From an uncultured Collinsella sp. (GTDB lineage Bacteria; Actinomycetota; Coriobacteriia; Coriobacteriales; Coriobacteriaceae), in assembly GCA_900751695.1 (NCBI GenBank), contig CAADSS010000011.1:3052-67051 (forward strand): a DNA stretch of 64,000 nucleotides, in the 5' to 3' direction. Below the pieces are notes generated by a model, which saw only the letters and a program-made list of their open reading frames with translations, made no database searches and was not told where the DNA came from. Below, piece by piece: positions 1 through 10,877 of the stretch (its first letter is position 1; the number at the start of each line of letters is the position of its first letter). The translations under genes and the position numbers were made by a program.

Positions 1-1047
1 CATTGGCTTTGACACCGGCGTGGCATAGGCCTCCTGCAAGTCGCGCGTTAGAACTTTGAGGTCGAGCGGCAAGGTGTCGAAGATGCCGGCTATGTCGTGA
101 TACGACGGAATGACACCACAATCGAGACAGATTTCCATCGCCACCACGCACAGGACGCAATAGACGAGCGAGAAGTTGAGCCTCCATGCCCAGGGCACGC
201 GCAGAGCATATGAGATGGCAAAGAATGCGCCGCCCAGCAGTACGAGCGCCGCCGTGCCCGAGAAACGCTGGATGCGAAAGGACGAGGACCGGCCAACCAG
301 GATAAAAAAGGCCACGAAGTTAAAGGCCGTCCACACGAGGACGGCAAAATAACCCCAGCCGTACGTGTAGTCGTTGCTCCAGGTGTCGCTTGTACGGTCA
401 AAGTGGAAGACCTGCTGGTGAAAATCGTTGGTGAGCACAAATCCGATAAGCAGGATGGCCACAATCCACAGCGCAGCGCAGTAGCGGCGACCCAGGCGGT
501 GTTGCTCCAGGCCCGCAAGGCGCAGACCACACAACTGGTAGAGCAGTGGAATGAGCGTCATAGGCACGTAGTACAGGTACCACAGCACGGTGGCATAGAA
601 CGGCGTGAACGACTTGTACTTGAGAATGACTTCGATCATCCACAGGGCGCAGATGGTGGCGATGGTAACAAGACGGCGGCGCAACACATAGTCCAAACAG
701 CGCAGATAGACCGATACGCCCCAGATCGAAAATACAATTGCGGCGACAAGCAACGGGAGAGAGCTCGAATGGACGAGCGCATCCACGACCTCTTTGGACA
801 CCTCGCTATAGGCGGGCACGACGTTAGAAAGTTTGGGGTCGAAGGCAAACAGCGCCGGCAAGACTGCCAAAAGCATGAGGAACAGTGCGGTGATGGCGCC
901 GGCGATAGCAAAGACGCGGTGACGATACGCCTGATGCGTTATGCCAACAAGGAATCGCGGCATGGCAAAGAGCGTGCCGCCCCTGGGATCCGCCACGGGA
1001 GCGGATCGGGCGGCCGCGTGGCCGATATGTCGCGTGCGGGTACCCAT
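1..1047 (-). CDS. Membrane protein with histidine-kinase N-terminal 7TM-like region (partial, runs off left edge)
   Basis: Not in the ORF track (no stop in window). Manual translation from ATG 1047 (alternative ATG 963) gives multiple TM segments and WYLYYVPMTLIP / VLTNDFHQQVF / YTYGWGYF motifs typical of HisKA_7TM-type sensors. Confidence 0.65.
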   Translation of the reverse strand, partial: MGTRTRHIGHAAARSAPVADPRGGTLFAMPRFLVGITHQAYRHRVFAIAGAITALFLMLLAVLPALFAFDPKLSNVVPAYSEVSKEVVDALVHSSSLPLLVAAIVFSIWGVSVYLRCLDYVLRRRLVTIATICALWMIEVILKYKSFTPFYATVLWYLYYVPMTLIPLLYQLCGLRLAGLEQHRLGRRYCAALWIVAILLIGFVLTNDFHQQVFHFDRTSDTWSNDYTYGWGYFAVLVWTAFNFVAFFILVGRSSSFRIQRFSGTAALVLLGGAFFAISYALRVPWAWRLNFSLVYCVLCVVAMEICLDCGVIPSYHDIAGIFDTLPLDLKVLTRDLQEAYATPVSKPM

Positions 1048-1113
1048 AGTGCTTTTAGTGTACCGACAGGTGGGCCCAAAAAGCGGGCCACATGTCCCAA
1101 AATCCGCAGACGG

Positions 1114-1154
1114 CAAGGCGCCCTGCGAGCATTAACTGCTCGCCGGGCGCCTTG
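1114..1154. terminator. Stem-loop downstream of GH1 gene
   Basis: caaggcgccctgcgagca-ttaac-tgctcgccgggcgccttg inverted repeat; no clear U-tract. Confidence 0.6.
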
Positions 1155-1189
1155 GTTAGGAGGCTATGAAGTTGAGTGTCTCAGCTTCC

Positions 1190-2623
<1,434 letters not shown>

Positions 2624-2776
2624 TCAATCCCTCCATACGCTGCTTGTCGTGGTTTTAGTATCCCCGCAAATAGGGCCTCGCTCAACGACAGCGACGCAGG
2701 CCGACACTTCTTTTCGCACGCGGCGGCCCGGCAGCCGCCCACAGCTGACACTTTCTGATACCCGTTGCACGCCAAA

Positions 2777-3017
2777 CCACCACAAAGGGACACCTTTGTG
2801 GTGGTTGGGGGCGGTTTGTCTCGATCTGTAACAGCTAGGCCGTCAAAACCGGGCCTGGTGTTACAGATCGAGATCTTTCGGGCAGCCCCTGCAGTTTGTC
2901 TAAATCTGTAACAGGTAGAGACGATTTAGCCCGCTAGATGTTACAGATCGAGACAGAAGATTCCAGTCGCAGGCGATGTCGAGGTTTTTGCCGACGAGGC
3001 CTACGTAACCGCCTTCG
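2777..3017. repeat. Left copy of ~240-bp direct repeat (hairpin + 4-unit 15-bp array + copy of DUF4867 3' end)
   Basis: Aligns with 4194-4440 at offset 1423 over the array and gene-end segment. Confidence 0.9.
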
Positions 3018-3082
3018 CTCAGCAATTCATTTGACTGAATAGGAAAGAAAGGAAAAAATAGGAAAAAAAGGAAAGGAGACTT

Positions 3083-4189
3083 ATGACTGAAACCATCTTC
3101 TCCCCCTCATTTGGAAATCGCCCGTCCTATCTGGTGGGTCGCGGGAACGTGATTTCGACATTCATCTCCGGTCTTGAGCAGGAGCCGGGCAATCGAGACC
3201 GAGCCATGCTCATGCTCGGCCAGCGAGGCAGCGGCAAGACGGTTCTTCTGTGGGAACTTGCCGACCGCGCACGCAAGCTCGGTTTTGTTGTCGCCACACC
3301 CACCGTAGCCTCCGAAGATATGCTTGAGCGCATTGTTGAAAAAATCCAAGAAGCAGGCGAGCCTTATGTCAGCAAGCGTCATCTCCCCAAACTTTCTGGC
3401 GGTAGCTTGAGCGTCTTCGGCTTCTCAGCCGGTCTCGAGTTCACACGCGATGTGCAGGAGACCAAGAGTTTCCAGTTCAAACTCACGCAGCTGGCGCGCA
3501 AGCTGACCGAGCAGGGGCACGGCATCCTCATCCTTATCGATGAGCTCCAAGCTAATTCACCTGAGATTAGACAGCTCGTCACCGCCTATCAAGAGCTGGT
3601 CGGTGAGGGACTCAACGTCGCGCTTGTTATGGCAGGTCTCCCGGGAGCCGTCTGTGCAACGCTCAATGACCGCGTGCTGACATTTCTCAACCGCGCTCGC
3701 AAGGTCACGCTCGAACCGCTTTCAGTCGGAGATGTCGATGCCTATTATCAGCGGGCTTTCGAAGAGCTCGACCTTGATATTCCAGGCGATCTTCGCCTCC
3801 GCGCCGCTCGCGCAACCCAAGGCTCGCCCTATATGCTGCAGCTCATCGGCTATAACATCGGCAATCGCTGCAAGACAGGAGAACACGTAACGCCAGAGCA
3901 AGTCGACGGAGCTATCGAAGCGTCAAAAGCCGATTTCGAAAACGATGTTTGTGAAACGACGCTCGCCGCGCTATCGGACCAAGACGTCGCGTTTCTCGAC
4001 GCAATGACTGATGACGAAGACGCCGTTTCGCGCATTTCCGATGTAGCGAAACGTATGTCAGTCACACCCGACTATGCGCAAAAGTATCGCCGGCGCCTCA
4101 TCGACGCCGGCGTAATCGAACAGGCGCGCCGCGGTTACGTGCGTTTCGCCGTTCCATATATGGCTGACTATCTGCGCAGCCAACTCTAG
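3083..4189 (+). CDS. AAA+ ATPase with C-terminal winged helix (ATP-binding protein)
   Basis: Walker A GQRGSGKT, Walker B ILILIDE, GSPYMLQL, C-terminal HTH-like RISDVAKRM..YRRRLIDAGVI; RBS aaggag. Confidence 0.85.
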   Translation: MTETIFSPSFGNRPSYLVGRGNVISTFISGLEQEPGNRDRAMLMLGQRGSGKTVLLWELADRARKLGFVVATPTVASEDMLERIVEKIQEAGEPYVSKRHLPKLSGGSLSVFGFSAGLEFTRDVQETKSFQFKLTQLARKLTEQGHGILILIDELQANSPEIRQLVTAYQELVGEGLNVALVMAGLPGAVCATLNDRVLTFLNRARKVTLEPLSVGDVDAYYQRAFEELDLDIPGDLRLRAARATQGSPYMLQLIGYNIGNRCKTGEHVTPEQVDGAIEASKADFENDVCETTLAALSDQDVAFLDAMTDDEDAVSRISDVAKRMSVTPDYAQKYRRRLIDAGVIEQARRGYVRFAVPYMADYLRSQL

Positions 4190-4193
4190 GCAG

Positions 4194-4440
4194 CCACCAC
4201 AAAGGGGACAGGCACCTTTGTGGCGGCTTGGGCCCGGTTTGTCTCGATCTGTAACAGGTAGACCGCCAAAACCGGGCTTGGCGTTACAGATTGAGATTGT
4301 TCGGTCTGTCCCTGCAGTTTGTCTCGATCTGTAACAGGTAGAGACGATTTAGCCCGCTAGATGTTACAGATCGAGACAGAAGATTCTAGTCGCAGGTGAT
4401 GTCAAGGTTTTTGCCGATGAGGCCTACGTAGCCGCCCTCG
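4194..4440. repeat. Right copy of ~240-bp direct repeat (overlaps DUF4867 stop)
   Basis: ccaccacaaagg hairpin; array units at 4242, 4282, 4322, 4362; then the gene 3' end. Confidence 0.9.
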
Positions 4441-5030
4441 GCTGCCTTGGGGCTGTCAGCATGACAGAGAACCCACTTGTCGGCCTTCCAGTAGCAGTAG
4501 CCGTCACCGGCGGCAGGCATGTCGGCTGCAGCCTCGGGGCGCGGGCCGTTGGTGCCGGCGGGCAGCGCCACCATCACCTGGAAGCCGCCGTCGTCGACCA
4601 TGCAGGGCGTGTAGTGAAGCGTGGTGTTGAAAACCTCAACAAGCGTGCCGGCCGGCACGCGGAACGCCTTGACGCACGCGGTATCGAGCTTGCCGTCCTC
4701 GATCTCCCAGCGATGCGCCACGAGCAGGATAAAGTCGCGGGCGCCCAGGTTGAACTCGCTCGCGCGGTGGTACTCCAGGCAGTTGAGACGCGTGTTGTGG
4801 CCGTTGCACCAGCCCAGCTGGAAGGGACGACCGCCAAACATGAGAAAGCCCAACTTATCGGCATCCTTGACGCCCTCGAGCTCCGGCGCACTTGCTACGT
4901 ACTTGCTGCCCTCGGGAATGGGCGTGGCAGAGAGCGCCTCGAGCACGGGCGACGTGAGCTCGGACGAAACGTCATCCCAAACGTTGCCATAGGATTTGAA
5001 CTCGGGATCGTTGACAGAGTAGATATGCAT
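4386..5030 (-). CDS. DUF4867 family protein (cupin-like)
   Basis: QLGWCNGHNTRLNCLEYH and TLHYTPC motifs; start reset to ATG 5030 behind aggag. Confidence 0.75.
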   Translation of the reverse strand: MHIYSVNDPEFKSYGNVWDDVSSELTSPVLEALSATPIPEGSKYVASAPELEGVKDADKLGFLMFGGRPFQLGWCNGHNTRLNCLEYHRASEFNLGARDFILLVAHRWEIEDGKLDTACVKAFRVPAGTLVEVFNTTLHYTPCMVDDGGFQVMVALPAGTNGPRPEAAADMPAAGDGYCYWKADKWVLCHADSPKAAEGGYVGLIGKNLDITCD

Positions 5031-5114
5031 GTTCACTCCTGTTCGTAAATGTGACGATACGAACATTCTAGAACAAACATGAGCGATTTTGAACGCTCGT
5101 CCCGACCAATCAAC

Positions 5115-5146
5115 AAAAAGGCGCCCCCGCATAAGCGAAGGCGCCT
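5115..5146 (-). terminator. Intrinsic terminator after luxS
   Basis: aggcgcc stem followed by T-tract on the minus strand. Confidence 0.65.
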
Positions 5147-5174
5147 AATGCGCTCGTTTTGGGCGATAAAGCCC

Positions 5175-5663
5175 TTACGCCTGCTGATAGTGCAGGTGCT
5201 TCTCGTCGATATCGGCCAGGTCGCGGTCGAGGTAGCGGCGCGCAAGCCAGTTGGCCATGGGGAGGTTCTGGTCCAGGTAGTTACCGCATTCCTCGGGAGC
5301 GGCACCGGGGACATCGCCCTCAAAGCCGGCGACAAACTCGAACAGCTCACGCACGAGCGGCAGGATCTCCTCGCTCGTCACCTCGCCAAACACAACCAGG
5401 TAAAAGCCCGTGCGGCAGCCCATGGGGCCAAAGTAGACAATGCGGCCCGACCACTCGGCATGGTTGCGAAGGAACGTCGCACCCAGGTGCTCGATGGTGT
5501 GGCACTCGGCCGTGTTCATGACCGGCTCCTTGTTGGGCGTGGTCAGGCGCAGATCAAAGGTGGTGACGGCAGCGCCGGTCGCCGGATCGCGGTCGATGCG
5601 GCTCACATACACGCCGGGCTCAAGCAGCAGATGGTCAACGGAAAAACTCGCGATGCGCTCCAT
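5175..5663 (-). CDS. luxS: S-ribosylhomocysteine lyase (AI-2 synthase)
   Basis: SFSVDH, HTIEH, GPMGCRTGFY and CGNY motifs. Confidence 0.97.
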   Translation of the reverse strand: MERIASFSVDHLLLEPGVYVSRIDRDPATGAAVTTFDLRLTTPNKEPVMNTAECHTIEHLGATFLRNHAEWSGRIVYFGPMGCRTGFYLVVFGEVTSEEILPLVRELFEFVAGFEGDVPGAAPEECGNYLDQNLPMANWLARRYLDRDLADIDEKHLHYQQA

Positions 5664-5787
5664 GGCAGATCCTCTCGATAGTCAAATTGGGACGGGGCTC
5701 TTTTAGCTGGTTCGAATAGTCGCACCAATCATACCAGTCAAAAAAAAGCCCCATCCCAAATGAGCTGTCTGGACGCCGCGCAGCCGC

Positions 5788-7278
5788 CTAGGCCGTGTAC
5801 GAGATAGTCGCGGCTACCGCGTGGCGCCAGCCGGCGATCTTTTTGGCTCGCTCGTCAGCGGGCATCACGGGCTCCACGATGCCGCGGGCGCCGTAGACGT
5901 CGACGACATCGCGCGCGTACATGCCCAGCGCGATACCGCAGGCCCAGGCCGCACCCAGGCCGCTCATCTCATCGTTGCTCGCGATGCGGATGGGCGAGCC
6001 AACCAAGTCGCTCTCAAACTGCATCAGGTACGCGTCGCGCGTGGGACCGCCGTCAACACGAAGCTCGGCCAGCGCCGCGCCCGAATCCTCGACCATCGCA
6101 TCGATCACGTCAAAAATCTGATAGGCGATCGACTCGTCGGCGGCCTTCACGAACTCCGCGCGACCCGTGGTGCGTGTCATGCCAAAGACGCAGCCCTCGG
6201 CGTCACTCGCCCAGTGCGGCGCGCCCAAACCGGTAAACGCCGGCACAAAGTAGACGCGGCTCGCCGGATTGGCGGCGTAGCACAGGTCGGTAACCTCCTC
6301 GGGGTTATTGATGAGCTCCAGATCGTCGCGCAGCCACGTCTTGACGGCGCCGGCGTAGCTCACGTTGCCCTCGAGCACGTACTCGGTCACGCCGTCCATG
6401 CGCCATGCGAGCGAGCTCGAAAGCCCGTGCGAGCTGGCAACGAACTCGTCGCCGACGTTCATCATGACCGAGCTGCCGGTGCCATAGGTCGCCTTAGCCA
6501 TACCGCGGCTGTGGCAGCCCTGCGCGAACAAGGCCGCGTGGCTGTCGCCCAGCACGCCGTGAATGGGCACGGGCGCCGGCAAAAAGCCGCCCAGATCCGT
6601 CATGCCGAACAGGCCATCGGAATCGGTCACCTGCGGCAGGCAGGCCACGTCGACGCCAAAGGCCTCGCACACCGGCTCGCTCCAGCAGCCACGGCGCAGG
6701 TCAAAGAGCTGCGTGCGGCTGGCATTGGACCAGTCGCAGCGAAACTCCGCGCCGCCCGTGAGCGTCCAGACCACCCAGGCATCGATGGTGCCCAGGCACA
6801 GCTCGCCTGCCGCCGCGGCCTCGGCAGCAGCGGGAACGTTCGCAAGGATCCAGGCCATCTTGCCCGCCGGATAGTAGGGCGAGAGCACCAGACCCGTCGT
6901 GTCGCGCACCAGCTCGGCCACACCCTCGCGCGCGGTCAGCTCGTCGCACAGCTCGCGGGCGCGGGCGCACTGCCACACCACGGCGTCGCACAGCGGCTCG
7001 CCCGTCGTGCGGTTCCAGGCAACGGTGGTCTCGCGCTGGTTGGAGATGCCGATGCCGGCGACGTCGGCCGGATCGACCCCGGTCTCCTCCACCACGGCAC
7101 GCGTCACGGCCAGCACATTGGTGGCAATCTCGGCCGGATCATGGCTCACCCAGCCGGCCTCGTTGACAATCTGGCGATGCGAACGGTCGGCACGATGAAT
7201 CAAATGGCCGCCCTCGTCCACCAGCAGCGCCTTGGTGCCCTGCGTGGATTGATCGATTCCGATGATGTATTTGCTCAT
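5788..7278 (-). CDS. FGGY family carbohydrate kinase (glycerol/apulose kinase-like)
   Basis: IDQSTQGTK, SNQRET, NASRT, TYGTG, VDGG; start reset to ATG 7278. Confidence 0.85.
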   Translation of the reverse strand: MSKYIIGIDQSTQGTKALLVDEGGHLIHRADRSHRQIVNEAGWVSHDPAEIATNVLAVTRAVVEETGVDPADVAGIGISNQRETTVAWNRTTGEPLCDAVVWQCARARELCDELTAREGVAELVRDTTGLVLSPYYPAGKMAWILANVPAAAEAAAAGELCLGTIDAWVVWTLTGGAEFRCDWSNASRTQLFDLRRGCWSEPVCEAFGVDVACLPQVTDSDGLFGMTDLGGFLPAPVPIHGVLGDSHAALFAQGCHSRGMAKATYGTGSSVMMNVGDEFVASSHGLSSSLAWRMDGVTEYVLEGNVSYAGAVKTWLRDDLELINNPEEVTDLCYAANPASRVYFVPAFTGLGAPHWASDAEGCVFGMTRTTGRAEFVKAADESIAYQIFDVIDAMVEDSGAALAELRVDGGPTRDAYLMQFESDLVGSPIRIASNDEMSGLGAAWACGIALGMYARDVVDVYGARGIVEPVMPADERAKKIAGWRHAVAATISYTA

Positions 7279-7449
7279 GTACTCTCCCATTCCTTCCGCC
7301 AAATCGAAGACAGCCTGGCGGACAAGGAGCGAGCGGCCGTCAAGTGCCGCAGATTGCCGTGAAAGAGGAGCGCCGCGTACTTTGTGTACGCAAGCGACGG
7401 TTTGAACGGCAAGGTGCGGCGCTTGGCGGCCGCGCAGCGTCTGTGTCTA

Positions 7450-8388
7450 CTAGTTGCCGAGGAACTCGGCAACGGTCTTGGCGATTCCGACACCCGTCAG
7501 ACCGTAGTGTGCAAAGACCTCGGGGCTCGTGCCAGTGATGACCGGCGCGTCGGGCAGGGAGAGACACTTGACCGGACGCGGGCAATGCTCGCCCACCACC
7601 TGCGCGACCATAGAGCCTAGACCGCCGAAGGGGCTGTGCTCCTCGACGGTCACGACGGCGCGCGTGGCACAGGCGGCCTCAATCACGGCCTCGGCGTCGA
7701 GCGGCTTGACGCAGTACATGTCGAGTACCGTTGCCGAGATGCCCTGCTCGGCCAGCAGGTCGGCAGCGTCCACGGCATGGCGGACCATCTCGCCGGTAGC
7801 GACGAGCGTCACATCGGTGCCGCGGCGTACCCAGGTGGCGCGGTCCATCTGGAACGGGCACTCGTCCTCGGTGTACACGTCCTCGACCGGGTTGCGGCCC
7901 ACGCGGATGTAGGCCGGCTTGTTGTCGGCGACCAGGGCCCGCACGAGCTCGGCGGTCTGGAAGCGATCGCTCGGCAGATACACGCGCATGTTGGGAATCG
8001 CGCTCATGGCGGCGATATCCTGCGCGGAGTGATGGCTCATGCCCAAGGCGCCGTAGGACACGCCGCCCGAGATGCCGATGAGCTTGACGTTGGTGTTGGA
8101 GTACGAGACGTCGACCTTGCACTGCTCATACGAGCGCGTGGTCACAAAGGACGCCGGCGAGGCGGCCCAGGCCTTCTTGCCGCACGAAGCCATGCCGGCG
8201 GCGATGCTCACCAGGTCCTGCTCGGCGATGCCGACCTCGACGGACTGCTGGGGATACTGATCAAAGAACGGCGTGAGCGATGCGGAGCCGCGGGAGTCGG
8301 AGCACAGGACGACGATGTCCTTATCGGTCTTCGCGGCCTCGAGCAGCGTGTCGCAGATAACCTTGCGATTGGCGATCTTGTTAGCCAT
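7450..8388 (-). CDS. Transketolase C-terminal subunit
   Basis: EVGIAEQ, GMSHHS, TVEEH; start ATG 8388 overlaps the upstream stop. Confidence 0.9.
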   Translation of the reverse strand: MANKIANRKVICDTLLEAAKTDKDIVVLCSDSRGSASLTPFFDQYPQQSVEVGIAEQDLVSIAAGMASCGKKAWAASPASFVTTRSYEQCKVDVSYSNTNVKLIGISGGVSYGALGMSHHSAQDIAAMSAIPNMRVYLPSDRFQTAELVRALVADNKPAYIRVGRNPVEDVYTEDECPFQMDRATWVRRGTDVTLVATGEMVRHAVDAADLLAEQGISATVLDMYCVKPLDAEAVIEAACATRAVVTVEEHSPFGGLGSMVAQVVGEHCPRPVKCLSLPDAPVITGTSPEVFAHYGLTGVGIAKTVAEFLGN

Positions 8389-9217
8389 TGATGGCCTCCT
8401 TATGGGCAGCGAAATCGGCGATGATCTGGGCATATTCCTCATCGTTGGGCAGGTGATGATGCCAGGCGGCCTTGTCCTCCATAACGGGCGAGCCATAGCC
8501 CTTCACCGTGTTGAGGATGATGACCGTGGGCTTGCCGCAGGTCTCGGTCGCAAGCGTCAGCGCGGCGTCGATGGCCCGGACGTCGTTGCCCGGAATGGAG
8601 AGCACGTTCCAGCCGAAGGCGGCCCAGCGCTCCTCCTGCGAATCCTGCCTCATAACGTCCTCGGTGCTACCGCTGATCTGCAGGCGGTTGCGGTCCACGA
8701 GCGCGCACAGGTTATCGAGCTGGTAGTTACCGCCGCTCATGGCGCCCTCCCAGACCGAGCCCTCGGCAAGCTCGCCATCGCCCATGATGGTGTAGACGCG
8801 GTAATCGCGGCCATCCATCTTGCCGGCAAGCGCCATGCCCACGGCCACGGGCAGGCCGTGACCCAGCGAGCCCGAGTTCATTTCGATGCCCTTGAGCTTG
8901 TTGTTGGGGTGGCCGATGTAGGGGCTGCCGAACTTGGAGAAGCGGGCCTTGACGTCGTCGAGGTCAAGATAGCCCTCGTGGCAGAGCACCGCGTAGTAGG
9001 CCTCCATAGCGTGGCCCTTGGAAAGCACGAAGCGGTCGCGGTTGGGATCGTCGACGGTCTCGGGCGAAATGTTGAGGTGGTTGGCGTAGAGGGTCATGAG
9101 GGCGTCGATCACCGACATGTCGCCGCCGATGTGGCCGCCGGCGCCAGCCATGATGATATCGACGCAATCGCGGCGAAGGTCCCAGCGCAGGGACTCAAGC
9201 TCTTCGATAGTTGCCAT
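8381..9217 (-). CDS. Transketolase N-terminal (ThDP-binding) subunit
   Basis: GHIGG, DRFVLSKGH, GSLGHG, GDGE..N motif. Confidence 0.92.
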   Translation of the reverse strand: MATIEELESLRWDLRRDCVDIIMAGAGGHIGGDMSVIDALMTLYANHLNISPETVDDPNRDRFVLSKGHAMEAYYAVLCHEGYLDLDDVKARFSKFGSPYIGHPNNKLKGIEMNSGSLGHGLPVAVGMALAGKMDGRDYRVYTIMGDGELAEGSVWEGAMSGGNYQLDNLCALVDRNRLQISGSTEDVMRQDSQEERWAAFGWNVLSIPGNDVRAIDAALTLATETCGKPTVIILNTVKGYGSPVMEDKAAWHHHLPNDEEYAQIIADFAAHKEAING

Positions 9218-9219
9218 TT

Positions 9220-10620
9220 CTACTCTCCTCGCAGGTAGGCTTTAACGTCTTCTTCGATGGGGTCGTACAGGTCGGGGGCAATGCCGAGGTACTTGCACGC
9301 CTCGTAGAGCACCGGCACCACGTTGGCGTGAATAGCGACGCAGTGGTGGATGTAGGGGCCCTCGACGATCTTGGCCTCGAGGCGCTTGAGGTTGTCGACC
9401 TCGACCCACAGATAGGTGCCCATGCCGGCCGGGCCGTCGATGCCGCGGGCGTTGCCCAGCAGCAGCGAGTACTCGCCGTTGTCGCCGTCAAAGCGGGCAA
9501 GGGTGAGGTCGCCGTGCTTGGCCTCGGCCGTCAGCGCGCCGGGGTGATCGAAAGCCAGCGGGTAGGTGAGCTTGGGCTTGACGGCCGCGCAGCTGCAGGG
9601 CCAGGGGCCGCAGTGCTGCAGCAACTCACCGTTCTCGTTATCGGGATGGCGCACGGTCCAGTCGGCGAACATGCCACGGTGACGGCCCAGGTCGGCGGCC
9701 TCGACCATCAGCGCGGTGATGGCGCCGTGGATATCGGTCTCGCATACGATAGGAATGCCCATCTCGTTGAGGATGGCGTTGGCGGCGCAGGGCATAATGC
9801 CCAGCTCGTCCTGCAGAGCGTTCCAGCACTGAATGGCACCGGCGTTGCAGCCATACTTCTCGACCAGGCGCTTCATGGCAATGGCAAGACCGGCGACCGC
9901 GGGGACCTTGTCCTCGGGGATGCAGATCTCAAAGCTGTCGTTGATGTGGGCAAGCATGGCGGCCATGGCCTGCTCGTCGGCCTGGGCGTCGCGCACAGCC
10001 TGGACAAGTTCGGTCATGGGGATAGGCGAAAGCTGGATGTTGAACTTCTCGAGCAGCTCGCCCTCGTTGCACATGGTCGACCAGAAGTCGAATGGACGGG
10101 TGGCCATCTGCAGGATGCGGGTGTGCTTGAAGGTCTTGACCACGTTGCAAACGGCCAAAAAGTCCCAAACGCCGCGCTCGAACTCGGGGTCGGTCAGGCG
10201 GCAGTTGGTCATGTAGGTGAAGGGAACCTGGAAGCGGCGCAGGACCTTGCCGGTGGCGAACAGGCCGCACTGGCTATCGCGCAGGCGTGTGCCGTCGGGC
10301 TCGGGGCGCTCGTCGCGCGGACCCCACAGCAGTACGGGTAGACCGAGCTCGCGGGCAAGGCGAGCGCAAACGTACTCGGTGCCAAAGTTGGCGTGGCACA
10401 GCATAATGCCATCGACGCCCTCGGCGCGGAATTTCTTGACGATGGGCTCGATATGGCTGTCGTCGAACAGCAGGCCCTCTTCATTGATGTCGTCGATATC
10501 CACGATGTCGACGCCGATCTCGCGCAGGCGATCAGCCGTCAGGCCGCGATACTTGATTGCGTCCGGCGCGCTAAAGATACTGCGGCGCGTGGGCACAAAG
10601 CCGAGCTTAATCTTATCCAT
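9220..10620 (-). CDS. L-fucose/L-arabinose isomerase family protein
   Basis: NFGTE, AIQCW, CETDIHG, HCG and YIHH metal-binding motifs. Confidence 0.85.
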   Translation of the reverse strand: MDKIKLGFVPTRRSIFSAPDAIKYRGLTADRLREIGVDIVDIDDINEEGLLFDDSHIEPIVKKFRAEGVDGIMLCHANFGTEYVCARLARELGLPVLLWGPRDERPEPDGTRLRDSQCGLFATGKVLRRFQVPFTYMTNCRLTDPEFERGVWDFLAVCNVVKTFKHTRILQMATRPFDFWSTMCNEGELLEKFNIQLSPIPMTELVQAVRDAQADEQAMAAMLAHINDSFEICIPEDKVPAVAGLAIAMKRLVEKYGCNAGAIQCWNALQDELGIMPCAANAILNEMGIPIVCETDIHGAITALMVEAADLGRHRGMFADWTVRHPDNENGELLQHCGPWPCSCAAVKPKLTYPLAFDHPGALTAEAKHGDLTLARFDGDNGEYSLLLGNARGIDGPAGMGTYLWVEVDNLKRLEAKIVEGPYIHHCVAIHANVVPVLYEACKYLGIAPDLYDPIEEDVKAYLRGE

Positions 10621-10785
10621 GTACGTCCTCCCCTAATTACATGTTCAGTAAACAGACGTGTGTTTCGTTTTGTTCTGTTTACTAAATGTTTTACTCTTCT
10701 GTTTAGAAGTTTAACGCGAAAGTCCCGTAAACGGTAGAGAAATGAGCCTAAACGGTATGTAAACAATCTGAACATACAAGGGGAC

Positions 10786-10815
10786 AAAAAGAGGGCCCCG
10801 AAGGACCCCCTCTTA
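10786..10815 (-). terminator. Intrinsic terminator after LacI gene
   Basis: Minus strand aagagggggtcc-ttcg-gggccctct-tttt. Confidence 0.7.
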
Positions 10816-10877
10816 GTAGCGTTATATATGGCTGCCTTAGCGAGCTTTGCCGCCCTGCGGCCCGGCGTTTCCTTCGC

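Noticed and set aside
5040..5100. LexA/SOS box before DUF4867
   Set aside because: GAAC half-sites are present but not in GAAC-N4-GTTC arrangement
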